Origin: Cenococcum geophilum
Lineage: Eukaryota
NCBI GenBank assembly: GCA_050273025.1
Contig: CP158635.1
Coordinates: 15,872,001 to 15,936,000 of the forward strand
DNA: 64,000 nucleotides
Direction of reading: 5' to 3'
Below are positions 1 through 14,200 of the stretch, one piece after another. Both the position numbers and the translations under genes were made by a program. Below the pieces are notes generated by a model. It did not search any database. It saw only the letters and a program-made list of their open reading frames with translations, and had not been told where the DNA came from. Within the stretch, counting starts at the first letter, position 1. The number at the start of each line of letters is the position of its first letter.

Positions 1-450
1 TAAACTATATAAACTATACAAACTATACAAACTGTATAAACTATATAATTGCAACTATATAAATTATATATTACCAAATTGCTATAATATACTTTTAAAT
101 ATATTTATATTATAACTATATAAATTATAGAGCTATCTGCCTGTCTGCCTATTTACTTATCTGCCTATCTACCTATCTACTTATCTACCTATCTACCTAT
201 CTACCTATCTACCTATCTACCTATCTACCTATCTACCTATCTATCTATACCTACCTATCTACGCCTACCTATCTATATCTACCTACTTGTTTATATTTGC
301 CTACCTATTTATATCTACCTACCCGTCTATATCTACCTACCTATTAGTATCTACCTACCTATCTATATCTGCCTACCCGTTATATCTAGCTTACTATCTA
401 TATCTACCTACCTATTAGCATCTGCCTATTTATGCCTACTTGTCTATACT
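1..450. repeat. Low-complexity tandem repeats: ~10-bp TAAACTATA(C/T) (1-110) and 8-bp ATCTACCT microsatellite with longer variants (~140-450)
   Basis: Directly visible periodicity, e.g. (atctacct)n at 181-260. Confidence 0.85.
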
Positions 451-517
451 ACCTTAATTCGATCGATTAATTAAATCGTTTATATTGTTCGCTGGCTAGT
501 TGTTTAAACGGTTATTA

Positions 518-740
518 TCTAGCTCTAGCAGCGGTCGTATAGCTCTAGCGACAGTCGTATTGCTCTAATAACGGTTATCTAGCTCTAGCGACGGTCGTTT
601 AACTCTAGCGACAGTCGTCTAGCTCTAATGACGGCCGTCTAGCTCTAGCGACGGTTGTCTAAATCTGGCGGCAGTTGTCTAGCTTTAGCGACGGCCGTCT
701 AGTTCTAGCAGCGGTCGTTTAGTTCTGGTAATAGTTATCT
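518..740. repeat. 21-bp tandem repeat, ~10 copies (TCTAGCTCTAGCGACGGTCG-type)
   Basis: Repeated agctctagcgacggtcgtct units with transition-type variation. Confidence 0.85.
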
Positions 741-2073
741 GCTAGCTGCTATTCTGGTGCCTCCCTAGGTAGAAAGGATATAAAAAAGAAAGGGTAAAAA
801 ATAAGGTGGCTACCTAGGTATATATAGGGGGTATACTTGGCAGAGGCATATATAGAGGCTGTTAGGAATATAGCGGGGACCTAATATAGAGCTCTGTGTA
901 GAGCCTCTATATATAAAGCTTTGCGTAAAGCCTCGTACAAAGCCTCTATACGTAGAGCTTTATATAGAGCTTTATATAGCTTTATGGTATTTTTATTGCA
1001 ATTTTATAGCAATTTTATTACAGCTAAAATTGGGGTCTGCTTAAGTCGCAATTTTAGTAATTTACAGCAATTTATATAAGTAGCTTATATATTTATAGCA
1101 ATTTATAGAAATTTATATAAGTAGCCTAGTAAATCGCCAAAATCGCTATAAATCGCTAAAGGTATAAGGGCGTAAAGAGACTTTAGGGAAGATTTAAAGG
1201 AATAATATAAATTCTATCTAAATCTAAGGGTATATAGCTCTTATTAGGAACAAGACATTATATAAAGAAGAGAAAGGAATAATAAGAGGATTATATAATT
1301 AAATAGTTAGGGGCTTAGTAGTCGATACGTATATATATACGCACGCGGTCTTTAACAGACTTTAATAGAATTTAATTAATATGGCAGAATTTAGCAGAAT
1401 TTAGTTAAAGCGTTAAAATTTATCTGTTAAGTATTTTACTAAGACATTCCTACTATAACTGGGCTAGTCCTATTATAGTACCCCCCCTTTTAGCTAAAGG
1501 TCTAAATAATTTAATTTTAGTTAAGACTTATAACTTATCGCGTATTATATTTTTGCGTTAAGTAGTAGTATAGGGTTTTGCCGGTTCTAATTATTAAGTA
1601 GGCTAATTAGGATTTTCTATACCCGGTATAGAAAATCACTATTAGCTTAGTTAAGGTAGTAAGCTAAACTAATATCTTTATAGTAGGTCTTAGCAAGGCA
1701 ATTCTAACTAATTAAATAACTTTAACCGGCGGTTAAAGTTCCTTAATATCTTATATATTACGTAATAACATTATAAACGTTGTAATATATTTTAAGTTTC
1801 CTACTATTATAGTTCGTATATTTATATTAGGTAGCAGTTATTTACCTTTATATTATATCCATCCAACTAAAGTAGGTTGTAAAGAATGGTCTTTATAAAA
1901 TTCTTAAACTAGGGAAGGCGTATTAGTTTTAATTTAGTTATAGGTTTCCTAAGTTTATATTTTATATCCTTCCTACTTAATAAGTAGTTTAAATTATTTA
2001 GATTATGTTTTCTATTATATATTATTAATTAAGTTAATAAAGTAAAAACTATTATTGTTATTAATAATTATAG

Positions 2074-5000
2074 TATTACGGACGCTTTAAGTACGATGTT
2101 ACGACTACTTGGAAGAGAGACGGAAGAAGCTAGTTGGTTAATTTAAGCACGGTCCAGAATAGAACCGGTAGAACTATATGACGAGGAATGGTAACCGAGG
2201 TCATATAATATGCTATATGTTAAACGAGAGGAACGGGAGGAACTTACGTACCTTATATATAAAACGTATATCATATACAAGAAGGATTTTATAGGAGTAC
2301 GGTTGTGTATTTAAGGACCCTTAGTCCCTACCTAGATAGTTTCTTCCTTATAGTAATTCTTAGAATATAATTAGAGTTAATCTATTAGGCAACCACTCCA
2401 CCAGTTATTATTACGTTGTTGACTTTTATACTTATATTTCCTATACACCTAGCCCAATAACAAGCCTATCGTAGTTCTTGCTATAAGGTTTTGTTATACA
2501 ATTACTACCTAGTTACGGTATTAATATAAGAAGTCAAATAACATGCCACCAAAAGCAGCCACTATAACGCTATTGACGGCAGCAACTACTTTAAGGTTAG
2601 GTAACAACACCAGTATAGTAGACACTGACTTACAGCAATCTATAACGGTTGGACAACTATAAGAGATAGTTAACTAGTTAATAGAAAATAATGCGACGTT
2701 GGAAAATAGGATTAATGGGATAGGCGTAGCAAAGGTTAAGTTACTATTAATTAAAAGATACTTAGGAGAGAGATCAAAGCTCAAAGGATTCCTTATATAA
2801 ATGCACTTTAAGGTAGCATAGGAAGGAGTAAAGCTGGCAACACCTATGGATTAAGTAGCCTATATAGGACTATTCTTAACAGGAAGAGCACTTAAATAGT
2901 TTAAGTTTTACCTTATAGAGATATAAGCGAACAGCATAATAACCACTAACTAAGAGGTACGGTTTATATTCTTAAGCTAGAATGGATTTATAGAATAACT
3001 TATATAAATGTTTAGAGACCTAGAGGCAGTAACTACAGAGGAAAGAAAACTCTAAGATATTACGTAATAAACCTCAGCAATTAAGTATACAATGTAGTTC
3101 CAGACGTTAGCGACGTAAGTAGAGTGGAATAATAGGGCGCTTATAGCATAGTACAAATAAGGACTTAAGGCTAAAGTCTAGAACGCGATTATCCTAATAG
3201 AAGATGCGGACACCCTAAGGGAACTAATAGATTAGGCAATTAAGATTAATAATTGGATCTACTAAAGGGAACAGGCTAAGAGAGGCTAGGATAGAGTTCT
3301 ATAGTTATATAAGGCGCAAAGTACGCAATAATAGAAGCTAAGTTAGAAACTATAGTATAGCGCAGAGCTAATAGACCTAAGTGGTACTAAAGAAGCCTAT
3401 AAGAGATAAAGTAAGACACCATAGAAACCTAGAGGATAAGGATTAAGTAATTAAAGGTCTAAGGAGTAAAGGCCGAATTAGGGATCTTATTAGCAGAAGA
3501 CATTCAGGCGGACTCTATAGCAAGAAAAATGGTTTAAAGAAGGAGCTTGCATAAATTACGGAAAATAGGGTTATTACGTTAGAGACTATAGAAGTGGGCA
3601 GAGTTACTATATAGTAAAAGGCATAAGACTAGCAGACAATATATACGTATAGAGGGATGATAATATACTACAAGGAACAAAAGAATGTTTAATTAGAAGT
3701 TTTGCGTTTTGTTATAACAACGTATGCCGAATTTATAAGGACGCTAAGTATAGTATAAGCTATTAGCTATAAGAGCTAGCACCTATAGAATATAGAGGAA
3801 TTAATAAACCAGTTCGCAGATCGGATATTAAGGACAATAAATTTAATATAGGCGAAATATTTCATAACAATAAGGCAATAAGAGCGGTTTACTGGGAATA
3901 CGCAGCTATTAGAGATATTATACCAGAGGTAAAGAATAATTTCACTACAGAATAGGGAACATTAGTAGGGATTAAGACACCACTAGATATAATATCTATT
4001 GCTTCGCGAGATATAAGAGAAGTAGGACAGCGAACTACTTTGGCACTCAATAAAGGTAAAAGGCTAAAGGCTTAAGATTTTTACGATAAGATGTAAGACA
4101 ACTAAGATTCTTAAGACGAGATAAGGTAAGCTTAAGGACCTATAATAGATAATAACCGATAGAGTAGAGTAACAGCTTAGTTTAGTAATATATAAATAAG
4201 CTTAGGACAAAGTTTCCTATAGGCACAAGACTCTTAAGACGAGATGAGTGAGATTTAAGACTCTTAAGACGAGATAAGAATACTAAGTAAGCCTAGTTGG
4301 ACTAAGGCTGGAGTAAAGCTTAAGACAGAAGCAAGCTTAGGATTAAAGAATCCAAGGGATTAAGAATTTGGAGTATAAATTAGGACACCCATAAGCAAGA
4401 AGTAAGGAGCTTTTTTATAGATTAGAGAATCTATAGTATAAACAGCAATTAGACTAGGAGACGAATATATAGACCTAGAGGACTTACTAGTAGAATATAG
4501 TGTTCGGACTAAAGATTAAAAAATTAATACTAAGATTAAGAAGTAAGAGAACTTTAAGGATTAGAGCATAAGACGCAAACTAAAAGAAACTATAGAGGAG
4601 TTTAGATAAAGAATTATTATATAATAAGAATAGAAACTAGATAAGAGATCTAGTATATTAGGACGTATAAAGAATAGAGTACTAGTACGAAGAATTACTA
4701 ATAGGCTTAGGGCAGGCATACTAAGAGCTAAGTAGCTTACTAAACTAGAAGATAAAGAGGATCTAAGGATCCTAACTAGGTTTAAGGAATAACATATAAA
4801 GGGCTATTATAATATAGTAATGAGAAGATACTTCCTTACGGATAAGCCGTATACACTCTAGTAGCTATACTAAAAGTGGTATAGGCAAAGGCACAATAAT
4901 AAGTGGGAAGATTTCTATATATAGTTGGATAAAAAAGTTATCTAGGACTACCCAATTACAGAAAAGGCCATAACGCATATTAAAGGAGCCTTAATTATAA

Positions 5001-8000
5001 CGTTAAAGGATCTAGAGGAACAATTAGAGGACTAGAGAAGTAAGAGACATATCTTAGTACCTGCGAATAAAGTTATAACATTTAGATTAGTACGATAAAG
5101 GTTTAAACTTAAAGACAAAGATAAGTTAAGAGTTAACTTAAAGCACCTAGTATACCACACGTTATTATGGATCGTGTGCGTGGACGATATATACGAGATG
5201 TATAAAAATCTAAAGAAAAAGAATCGGAAATACCCTATAAGGATATACTGGATAATAGATAAGCGATAGTATAGGAATGCTAAATATATATATAGATAGT
5301 ATCCAGCAGAGATCTAAGAGGAAGGAAGTTTAGTACTTTAACCAGGAAGATTTCTTATAGAAGAATGCTTAGACGGATAATAGTAATAGGAATGCTTAGA
5401 GAATACGTATCTATAGTATATTAAAGATAAAAAGTAAACTAGGCATTAGCTAAAGAGTAAGCTAAGTATATAAGGATTAAGTAGCTAATAGTTAGGAAAA
5501 GTAAAAGCCTATGGGACTAAAGGGAGCTAGTGGTAGAGCCTTAAACCCTTAAAGGAATTTAAGGACAACACCTAAATTTACAAGTTAAATAGTAAGATCA
5601 GCAGTTTAAAGCGCTAATAGATAGTAGAGTAATAAGGAACTATATCTTACTAGTAGTAGTTAAAAGAATAGGACTACCTTATAGATAGAAGGAGGAACCT
5701 TACCTATTAGTAACAATTTTAGGAGATCCAATAGCCTATAGAGGAGGTATTATTAATCTTAAAATAGGACCTATTTAGATAACTATTAAAGGAAGACAAA
5801 TTAAGATATCTTTTAATATCCTACCATTAGGACGGGACAAGGCGGTACTAGAAATGCCTTAGTTATAGGAATATAATCTAAGGATTAATTAGATTATAGG
5901 TTAAGTCAATATTAGGGATACTTAACGCCGTAAGATGTGATAACAAGCCAAATTAGTATAGTACTAAGTAAGAGCAATCTACAAAGAAATAGAAAAAGGA
6001 TTAAGTTATATACTAAAGAGATACTATAAGTACGGCAAGAAACTATGGTTACTAGAAAGTGAAAAGCTGTTAGAGTATATAGCATGGGACTATAAGATAG
6101 AATTAGAACTAGGAATAAGTCTAAAGTTCTTTCCAATCTATAAGCTTACTAAAGAAGAAGGTAGAGTACTAAAAGAGTTTGTCTAGAAAAACCTACGAAA
6201 GGGATAGATTAGACTATCGCAGTTATTAGCAGGATATCTAGTACTATTCGTACTAAAGAAAAATAGCAAACTAAGGCTATATATCGACTATAGATAGTTA
6301 AACAGCATTACTAGGAAGGATAGGTATCCTTTACCCTTAATTAGCGAAATCTAAGATAGGATAAGCAACGCGCAAATCTTTATAAAGATAGATCTAAGAT
6401 AGGCGTACTATTAGATTAGAATTAAGAAAGGTAATAAATAGAAGGCAGCCTTTAGATTAAAGGAAGGACTATATAAACTATTAGTTATACAATTTAGGCT
6501 TATAAACGCACTAGTAATGTTCTAGAAGCGTATTAATAATATATTAGGAGAATACTTAGATGAATTTGTTATAGTATACCTTAACGATATTATTATCTAC
6601 TTAATAACTAAGGAAGAACACAAGGAATATATTAAATGGGTCTTAAAGAGACTATAAGAAGAATAGATGCTAGTAGTAATTAAGAAATACAAGTTCTTTA
6701 TAAGGAAGACTAATTTTGTTAGATTTATTATTAAACTAGGCTAACTTAGTATAGATCTAAAGAAGATTAAGGCTATAGTAAATTAGCAAGAACTAGAGAA
6801 CGTTATATAGTTGAGATTGTTTTTAGGGTTTTGCAATTACTGTAGAAGGTTTATAGTATAATAGTTAAAGGATATTAAGCCGTTTACGTAATTAATAAAG
6901 AAAGAAGAACTATAGGCATAGGGAGAGGAATAAAGGGAACTTTTTAGAAAAGTTAAAGAGTTATTTACCTAGGAGCCAGTTCTTAAAATCTATTAACCAG
7001 GACTAGAGACGGTTGTAGAAATAGATGCATTAGACTATATACTAGGGGTATACTTTATATAAAGGCATTAAGATAGATGGCACCTAGTGGCATACTATAG
7101 TCGGAAGATAATACCACTAGAGTTAAACTATAATATCTATAATAAGGAGTTATTAGGTATAGTTATAGCATTAAAGAAATAGAGAGCATTCTTATAAGGC
7201 ATAGAAAAACTATTTATAGTTAAGACGGATTATAAGAACCTAATAGGATTTTTAATAATAAAGGAACTTAACCAAAGATAGGTTAAATGGGCAGAGATGC
7301 TTATAGAATACTATTTTAAGATTTAGTATACTAAGAGTATAAACAATACGAGAGTAGATGCTCTAAGTTATAAAGCTAAACTATAAAATAACGAAAAGCT
7401 ATTAGGGGCTTTACTGCAAAGAGGTATAGATGGATTAATTAGGTATAATTATCTAAAAATTATAGTAACTTAAGAAGAACTAGATAAGGTTTATAAAATA
7501 TTAGAAAGCTTTTAGGTATAAAGAATTCTAGAAGCATAACTAGAAGATCTATAGATAGATATATACGAAAACTAAGAAGTAAAGTATATCCTAAGAAGCA
7601 TAGTAGAGTAGTTTATAGAGGACTTCTATAAGGGACTAACTTAGGGACATAATAGAGCTATAGGCTTAGTGTTAAGACTCTAAGAGGAGTATATTATTAA
7701 TAGAATCTAGAGGATAGCTAGGAAGGTTATAAGAGAGTGTTTAGATTGCTAAAGGAATAAACTAATAAGGCATAAGCTATATGGAGGGCTACAACCTATT
7801 AAAATACTAGAGAGACTATAGGAGGTTATATTATAGGACTTTATTATTAAGTTGCTAAAATTAAAAGATCCTATTACCGGATAAGATTATAACGTAATCT
7901 TAGTAATAGTAGATAAGCTTATAAAGTGGGGATACTTTATAGCATGCATAGAAGAAATCTTAGTAGAAGATGTCGCTAGAATCTATGTTAAGGAAGTGTT

Positions 8001-10021
8001 TATAAGATATAGAGCACTAAGTAAAATTATATTAGATAGAGATCTAAGATTCGTAGTAGTATTTTAGGAGGTATTCTTAGCAGAGTAAGGAGTTAGAGCA
8101 GTAACTTCTACTGTATATTATCCGCAGACAAACAGTTAAACGGAAAGATTAAATTAGACGCTAGAGTAGTATTTAAGGTATTATATCAATTACGTATAGA
8201 ATAATTGGGTATCGCTATTACTAGTTATATAGTTTATATATAATATAACACCTTAAGAGGGAATAGGTATATTACTATTTAAGGCAAATTACGGATATAA
8301 GCTAAGAACATCGTTATTACTATAGTAAGTAAAGAAAATAAGTAGCATAGCTAAAGAAAGAATAAAGACGTTAATAAATCTTTATATAGACCTTATAGAA
8401 TTAATAAAGAAAGTATAAGAGAGAATAAAAAAGTACTATAATGCTAAGAGATCTAAGGGACCAGATCTTAAGGAGGGAGATAAAGTATAGCTACTATATA
8501 AAAATTTTAAGAGTTAACGACCAAGTAAGAAGTTAAACTATGTTAGACTAGGACCTTTTAAAATTATATAAAGGATTTTACCGGTTACGTTTAAGTTAAA
8601 TCTATTAGCTAAAATAAAGATCTACCCTATATAGTATATTATAATACTAGAGCCAGTATATAGGAATATTAAGCCACCGGTTTATAAAGCAGACATATAT
8701 AGAGGATAGGAAGAAGATAAATAGCAAGTTTTAAAGATCGTTAGTTATAAGGACATTAACAATAAAACATAGTATAAAGTTAAGTGGATAGGCTATACTA
8801 AGACTACCTAGGAGCTATTAGAAAATTTAAAGAATGCTATAGAAAAGGTACAGGAGTATTAAAAGAGATTAGGTTAGGAAGTATTAAAAAAGAAGGATCG
8901 CTAAAGAATAAGTTACCTAAGGGGGACCTAGGAAGAGTAGTTGCTGAACTACTTAGATCTATTTCCTTCTCTATTAGAAGAGAATCCGTTCTTTTATTAC
9001 TAAGTTCCTATAAACCTTATTCTATAAGTTTTTACTCCTTAAAATAAACCTTTTTATAAACCTTCTTAAGACGGAGTAAATGAGCAGACGCCGTAATATA
9101 AGTATCTAGGGCCTTCTATTCCGTATCCTAAGAACGTTCTAACTTAGCAAGGGCTTAAGATAGTTTACTATCTAGCTACGTAGTAGCAGATTAAATATAA
9201 GACCCTAAGACAAATTAATTAAGGAACCAGACGACTATTAAGAGTAATAGGTCGCGTATATTTAGTATTAAAAGTAGAGCGAACGTTATAGAACAAACGA
9301 ATATTTACTTTAGTGCACTTTAAATAAGAGAATAGTTGTTATAAAGATAGGTTCGCCAACGCAATATAAACCAACCCCTCTTTTAAATAGCGAGAATATG
9401 GAGACGGCATAATCTTACTAAGAGATAATATTATAGCAACAGTGCAAGCACGACGTTGGGCGTGTAAAGAGGAAATTGCTTTAGGTATAATAAGCAATAA
9501 TATTAACTAAATTAATTAGACGGATATTATACCTCTAGTAAATAACTTAGAGATATTTTAAATCTTTAAGGACAAAGATAAAGAGGAGGGAGATAGTGTT
9601 ACGGACGCTTTAAGTATAATATTACGACTACTTAGAAGAGAGACGAAAGAAGCTAGTTAGTTAATTTAAGTACGGTCTAGAATAGAACCGGTAGAACTAT
9701 ATAATAAGGAATAGTAACTAAGGTTATATAATATGCTACGTATTAAATAAGAGGAATAGGAGGAACTTATATACCTTATATATAAAACGTATATTATATA
9801 TAAGAAGGATTTTATAGGAGTACGGTTGTGTATTTAAGGACCCTTAGTCCCTACCTAGATAGTTCCTTCCTTATAGTAATTCTTAGAATATAATTAGAGT
9901 TAATCTGTTGGGCAACCACTCCACCAGTTATTATTACGTTGTTGACTTTTGTACTTGCATTTCCTACACACCTAGCCCAATAACGAGCCTATTGTAGTTC
10001 TTGCTATAAGGTTCCGTTATA
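2074..10021 (+). mobile_element. Gypsy/chromovirus LTR retrotransposon C (7.9 kb), RIP-inactivated, nested in the 3' end of A pol
   Basis: 425-bp LTRs 2074-2498 and 9597-10021; TSD TATAG (2069-2073, 10022-10026); gag ATG at 2543; RT YLNDIIIY (~6575); RNase H, integrase, chromodomain YKVKWIGY (~8775); PPT aaagaggagggagatag before 9597. Confidence 0.93.
8910..9488 (-). pseudogene. Antisense accessory ORF of Gypsy C: Zn2Cys6-like motif plus coiled coil (RIP-degraded)
   Basis: Minus strand reads IMPSPYSRYLKEGLVYIALANLSL*QLFSYLKCTKVNIRLFYNVRS, i.e. Y-x2-Y-x6-Y-x13-Y-x2-C-x8-Y where each TAT is consistent with RIP of TGT; downstream heptad-rich LDSKLS*ALAKLERS...HLLRLKKV. Confidence 0.6.
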
Positions 10022-11269
10022 TATAGGAGGTAGCGGTAGCACTTTATAAGTTATAGGTTTACCTTTTAAGGGTTATAGCAAGTTTATATAAAACGTTAGA
10101 TATATTTTTATCTTAGTTAGCAGTTTAAGCTTATAAGCGTATAGGCTTAGTTTCTTCTTAATTTAGTACGGGCCCGCAAACTTCTAATCTAGTTTCTTTA
10201 AGGGTTATTAAGTCTTTAGGTTTTATATATTTAGGTAAACTATATTATCTTCCTTAAAGTCCCACGCGGGAGCTTATCCTTTATTTATATACTATTCCTA
10301 TACTATTTAAGCGTATACTAATTTACTTTATAGTAGTTCTATTAACTGCTTTATTTAATTAGCGAAGGTATACACGTTAATTAGTTAAATCCTCTTAATT
10401 ATAGGTCCTATTATATTAATTTTAGGTTATAGTTTAAATCTAAGTTAAGAGTCTTATCCGTAGGTTGCGTAAAACGGCGTTATACCTCTTAATTCGTTTC
10501 TTATATTATTCGTAATAAACTTAGCTAAAGGTAGCTATTTTCCCCAGTTATCTTATAGGTAGGAGCAGTATATTTATAGGTATTATTTTATAATCGCGTT
10601 TATAATTTTAGTTTAACTATCTATCTTTAGATAGAATGTAGTTAAGAGTTATATTTATATACTTAATTATTTATATAGGGCTTGCCAGAAATCTAAAATA
10701 AACTAGCTTCCGTAGTTAGATATTATTAAATTAGAAAGTCTATATAGCTTAAAGACATATTTAATAAAATATTTGGCTACTAATATTATATTAATTAAGT
10801 CTATAGGAATTATATATCGTATTTTTATAAAATAGTTAATAACTACTATAACATTTATAAACCTATTACTATTAGGTAGGTTAACTATAAAGTTAATTAA
10901 GATATCTTGCTATCTTTATATTAGAATTAGCAACGGTTAAAGTACTCCTTACTTCTTTATATAAGAGGTCTTTCCATATACGTATATTTTATATACTTAA
11001 ATGTATTTTTATATATAGTTGTATATTATAGGCTAGTAATATACTTATTAAATAATTTTATAGGTCTTTATATGGCTAAAATACCCTACTATAGGGGAAT
11101 TATATATAAATTTAAGTATCTTAAATTATAAGGGTTTGGAATTTAGGATTACTATCTTTTATTAATAGTATAGCCAATTATTATAGATTTCGCATTTAGT
11201 AAGTATAATATCCTTATATTAACGTTTCCCTATTTAAATTGTTTTTATTATATCTACTATCTAGGGGTT

Positions 11270-14200
11270 TGTTTGTACTAACTTAATAGCATGAGTGAGT
11301 CGTATCCCGGGGCACGAAATACATATAGTATTATATGCTCTTTGGGATGGTGGTGACTGTCGATTCTATTAAGGTAGACTACGTGGTCTATATACTAACG
11401 CGCCTCCCCCCTAATTAGTTAGTACGTAGGTGGTTAGTGCACGAACGCGTATTTACGCGTTCGTATACTAGGTGCTATAATTATACACTGGCGGTACTTA
11501 GAAAATGAAACCACTTATATACAGCCTCCGTAATTGCCTTAATAGAACCATAAAACACATAAGAAAATATATAGGAAACTCCTCCCGAGGTGCCTTCTGG
11601 GCTGCCTTCCAAACGGTGCCTTAAGCTAGCCGTAAGTCCTGCTTACGGTCCGTAAAATAAACCGTACGGCCTTTTAACGGGCAGTAGACGAGCCATAAGT
11701 TAGATCTTAAGGGCTGCTAAGACGCTAGTGCTAAGCGAGCCAATAGCGATTTTCCGTGCCTGGCATAGAAAATTATAATTAGTGGATTCGACCACTATGG
11801 CAGAATATAGCAGAATTTGGCAGGTTATGTAAGTCCACTAAGTTCCATTGCAGCTTTCTACCGTTTTCCACCTAATAGCTTACGGTCCGTAGAATAGGCC
11901 GTATAATAAGCCGTACGGCCTTCCAACGGGCTGTAGGCGTACCGTAGGTACTCCGTTAGTCCCGTTCTACCCATTTTATAACTTTTAGGTTAAGCTTATT
12001 CGTGTTAATTAGGGTTTTAAGGGCTTAACACGGCTTTGCCTTAGTTATAGCGTCTACTAGGTTGTTTCCGCCGCTAATCCATTTAACCTCCGCAATTTCA
12101 CGTCGTTTGTAGGCCTAATGTAAGCACATTAGGTTAACCATAAGTCTCTTCTCTTATATTGTACCTAGTTTAACTAGGCAGTCGTAGAGGGACTTTAAAT
12201 TAATGTATAAAACCAGGGGTAACTGCTCTAGTTATAGAATCTTCTAGACCGTTAATTTAATTGCGGCTGCTATATTAAAGCTATAAGCTAGTGTATATAG
12301 TTTAGAGGCTAGTATACTACGGGTTACTCATTTATACTTAATTAAAGACTAGTGCAGTATATTTGCGTCCTAATTATGGTCCGTAAGTACAATTACGAAG
12401 CCGATTTACGATAATAGGTCCCTATTATTGGCAAAGGAGGCGTCTATAAATACTAGTAAGCTAAGGGAACTTAGGTCTAGTGGTACAAAAGTAAGTCCCC
12501 TTACTGCATTGTTAATTTGCCACTAAATGCGCTTATTAAGCTGCTTAATATTTTCTTCTTGCGGATCTACTGCCTAAGCCGCAAAGGATAAATTATAGGC
12601 AGATTTAGGTTGACAGACTATAGCAATATAGGCGCCTCTTACACACTGTGCAACATATTAGTCCTTTATATTTACAGTCTTGCGGGTCTCTCTGTGGGAG
12701 CTAGTAAGGTCTATAGGCTTTATTATAACGGGCTTTAGGTTTTAAGCTTGGTGTTCCTAAGTTAGCTTAATTAGGTTACCCTTTTATATAATTAGGCCTC
12801 TATTAAACTTAATCAGATTCTGCTTAGTTAACTACTCTTACGGCTTTGCCAAGAACTTAGCCTTTTATAGTTTAGTTTCTTCAGCATCTATAAAGGTCTG
12901 GTTTGCTAGGAATAGGGTATCGTCTATTTAAAGTCTAACAATACTAAGGCCGTTTAATAGGCTATATAGGAGGCAGGGGTCGTAGGTCAACTGTTCCATT
13001 TTAAGTTTACTAACGTAGTGCTAGTAGTATGTCTTAAACCAGTGGTTTCCAGCTTCTGGTACCCCGTAAAGAGGTTTTACGACCCATAAAATTGTTCCTG
13101 GTTATAGGTTAAGCTCACAGGGTAGTCGTATAAAGATGTCCCTACTTAGGTAGATATTTAACTATACGTAGGCTTATAAGATATCCCGTAAGTAAAGGGC
13201 TACGGGTTTAGTTTGCTGTAGTCCAGGCATAAGTATAAGTATAATCCGTTAACTGACTTGTTAAATTATAGGCGATTGCGTAAGGACTAAGTCCTTTCCC
13301 TAGTCATTATAAGCTTATACGACGAGCCTTAATTTCTTAAAAGCTTTATTAGTACTAGGGTGCTTAATCTTATTAATAAAGCGTAAGTTGAATATACGGA
13401 CGCCTTGCGGAATATCTTTTTCCGTTATAACCGCAAAAACGCCCTTTTTAAGTAGTTCGTTGATCTCTTTACGCCGTAAGTCCATAAAAGAGGTTTCCTG
13501 TACTAGGACTGATATATCCGTAGGCGGAGATTATCTTATAGATATGCCTGCGGAGGTTAGGTAATTCTTTATTACGGGGTTCTTAGTTACGGGATACTTT
13601 TAGGGGCGTCCTCGGCTACACTTTATAGTAGGTTTAGCGGGTTTAGTGAGTTCCTAGGGGACTTCTAAGGTAGGCGGGGGTACTTCTAGTTTATCTAGTT
13701 CGGCGGGTGCTTCCGGTTCGTCTGGTTTAACATCATAGGTGTTTTTGGATCGAAAGTAGGGTTTTACGGACGTGCTTCTGAAGCTAGTTAGCCCGCTAAA
13801 AAGCTATACGCAGCACGTCTCGTTTTCTACGGCCAGTAGGCGATAAGGTCCATTCTAGCTGCCGCTTTTACGCCATACGAGGACTTCAGAGTTAAGCGGG
13901 AGGTTATGTACTAAGGTCGTATTAGGTCCGTTGCGGTGGTGTAGGGCGTTATTAATAGTTTGTTTGGCCCGTAATTTGACTATTTCGGCTATTGCCTTCC
14001 GTATTGCAGCTGCTCGTTCCGTAATAGATGGGGCAGAAGGGCCTAGGTTGCTTATCCTTAGGTAGGCTCCATAAACTAAGAGGGTAGGTACTAGTCCGTT
14101 AGGGCCAGCGGTGTCGTTAATGGCTTTTACAGCCATCTATAAAGCCAGTTCCTTTTAGATATCCTTGCACTCGTCTGTAATAATCTAATAAGCTCTCCAT

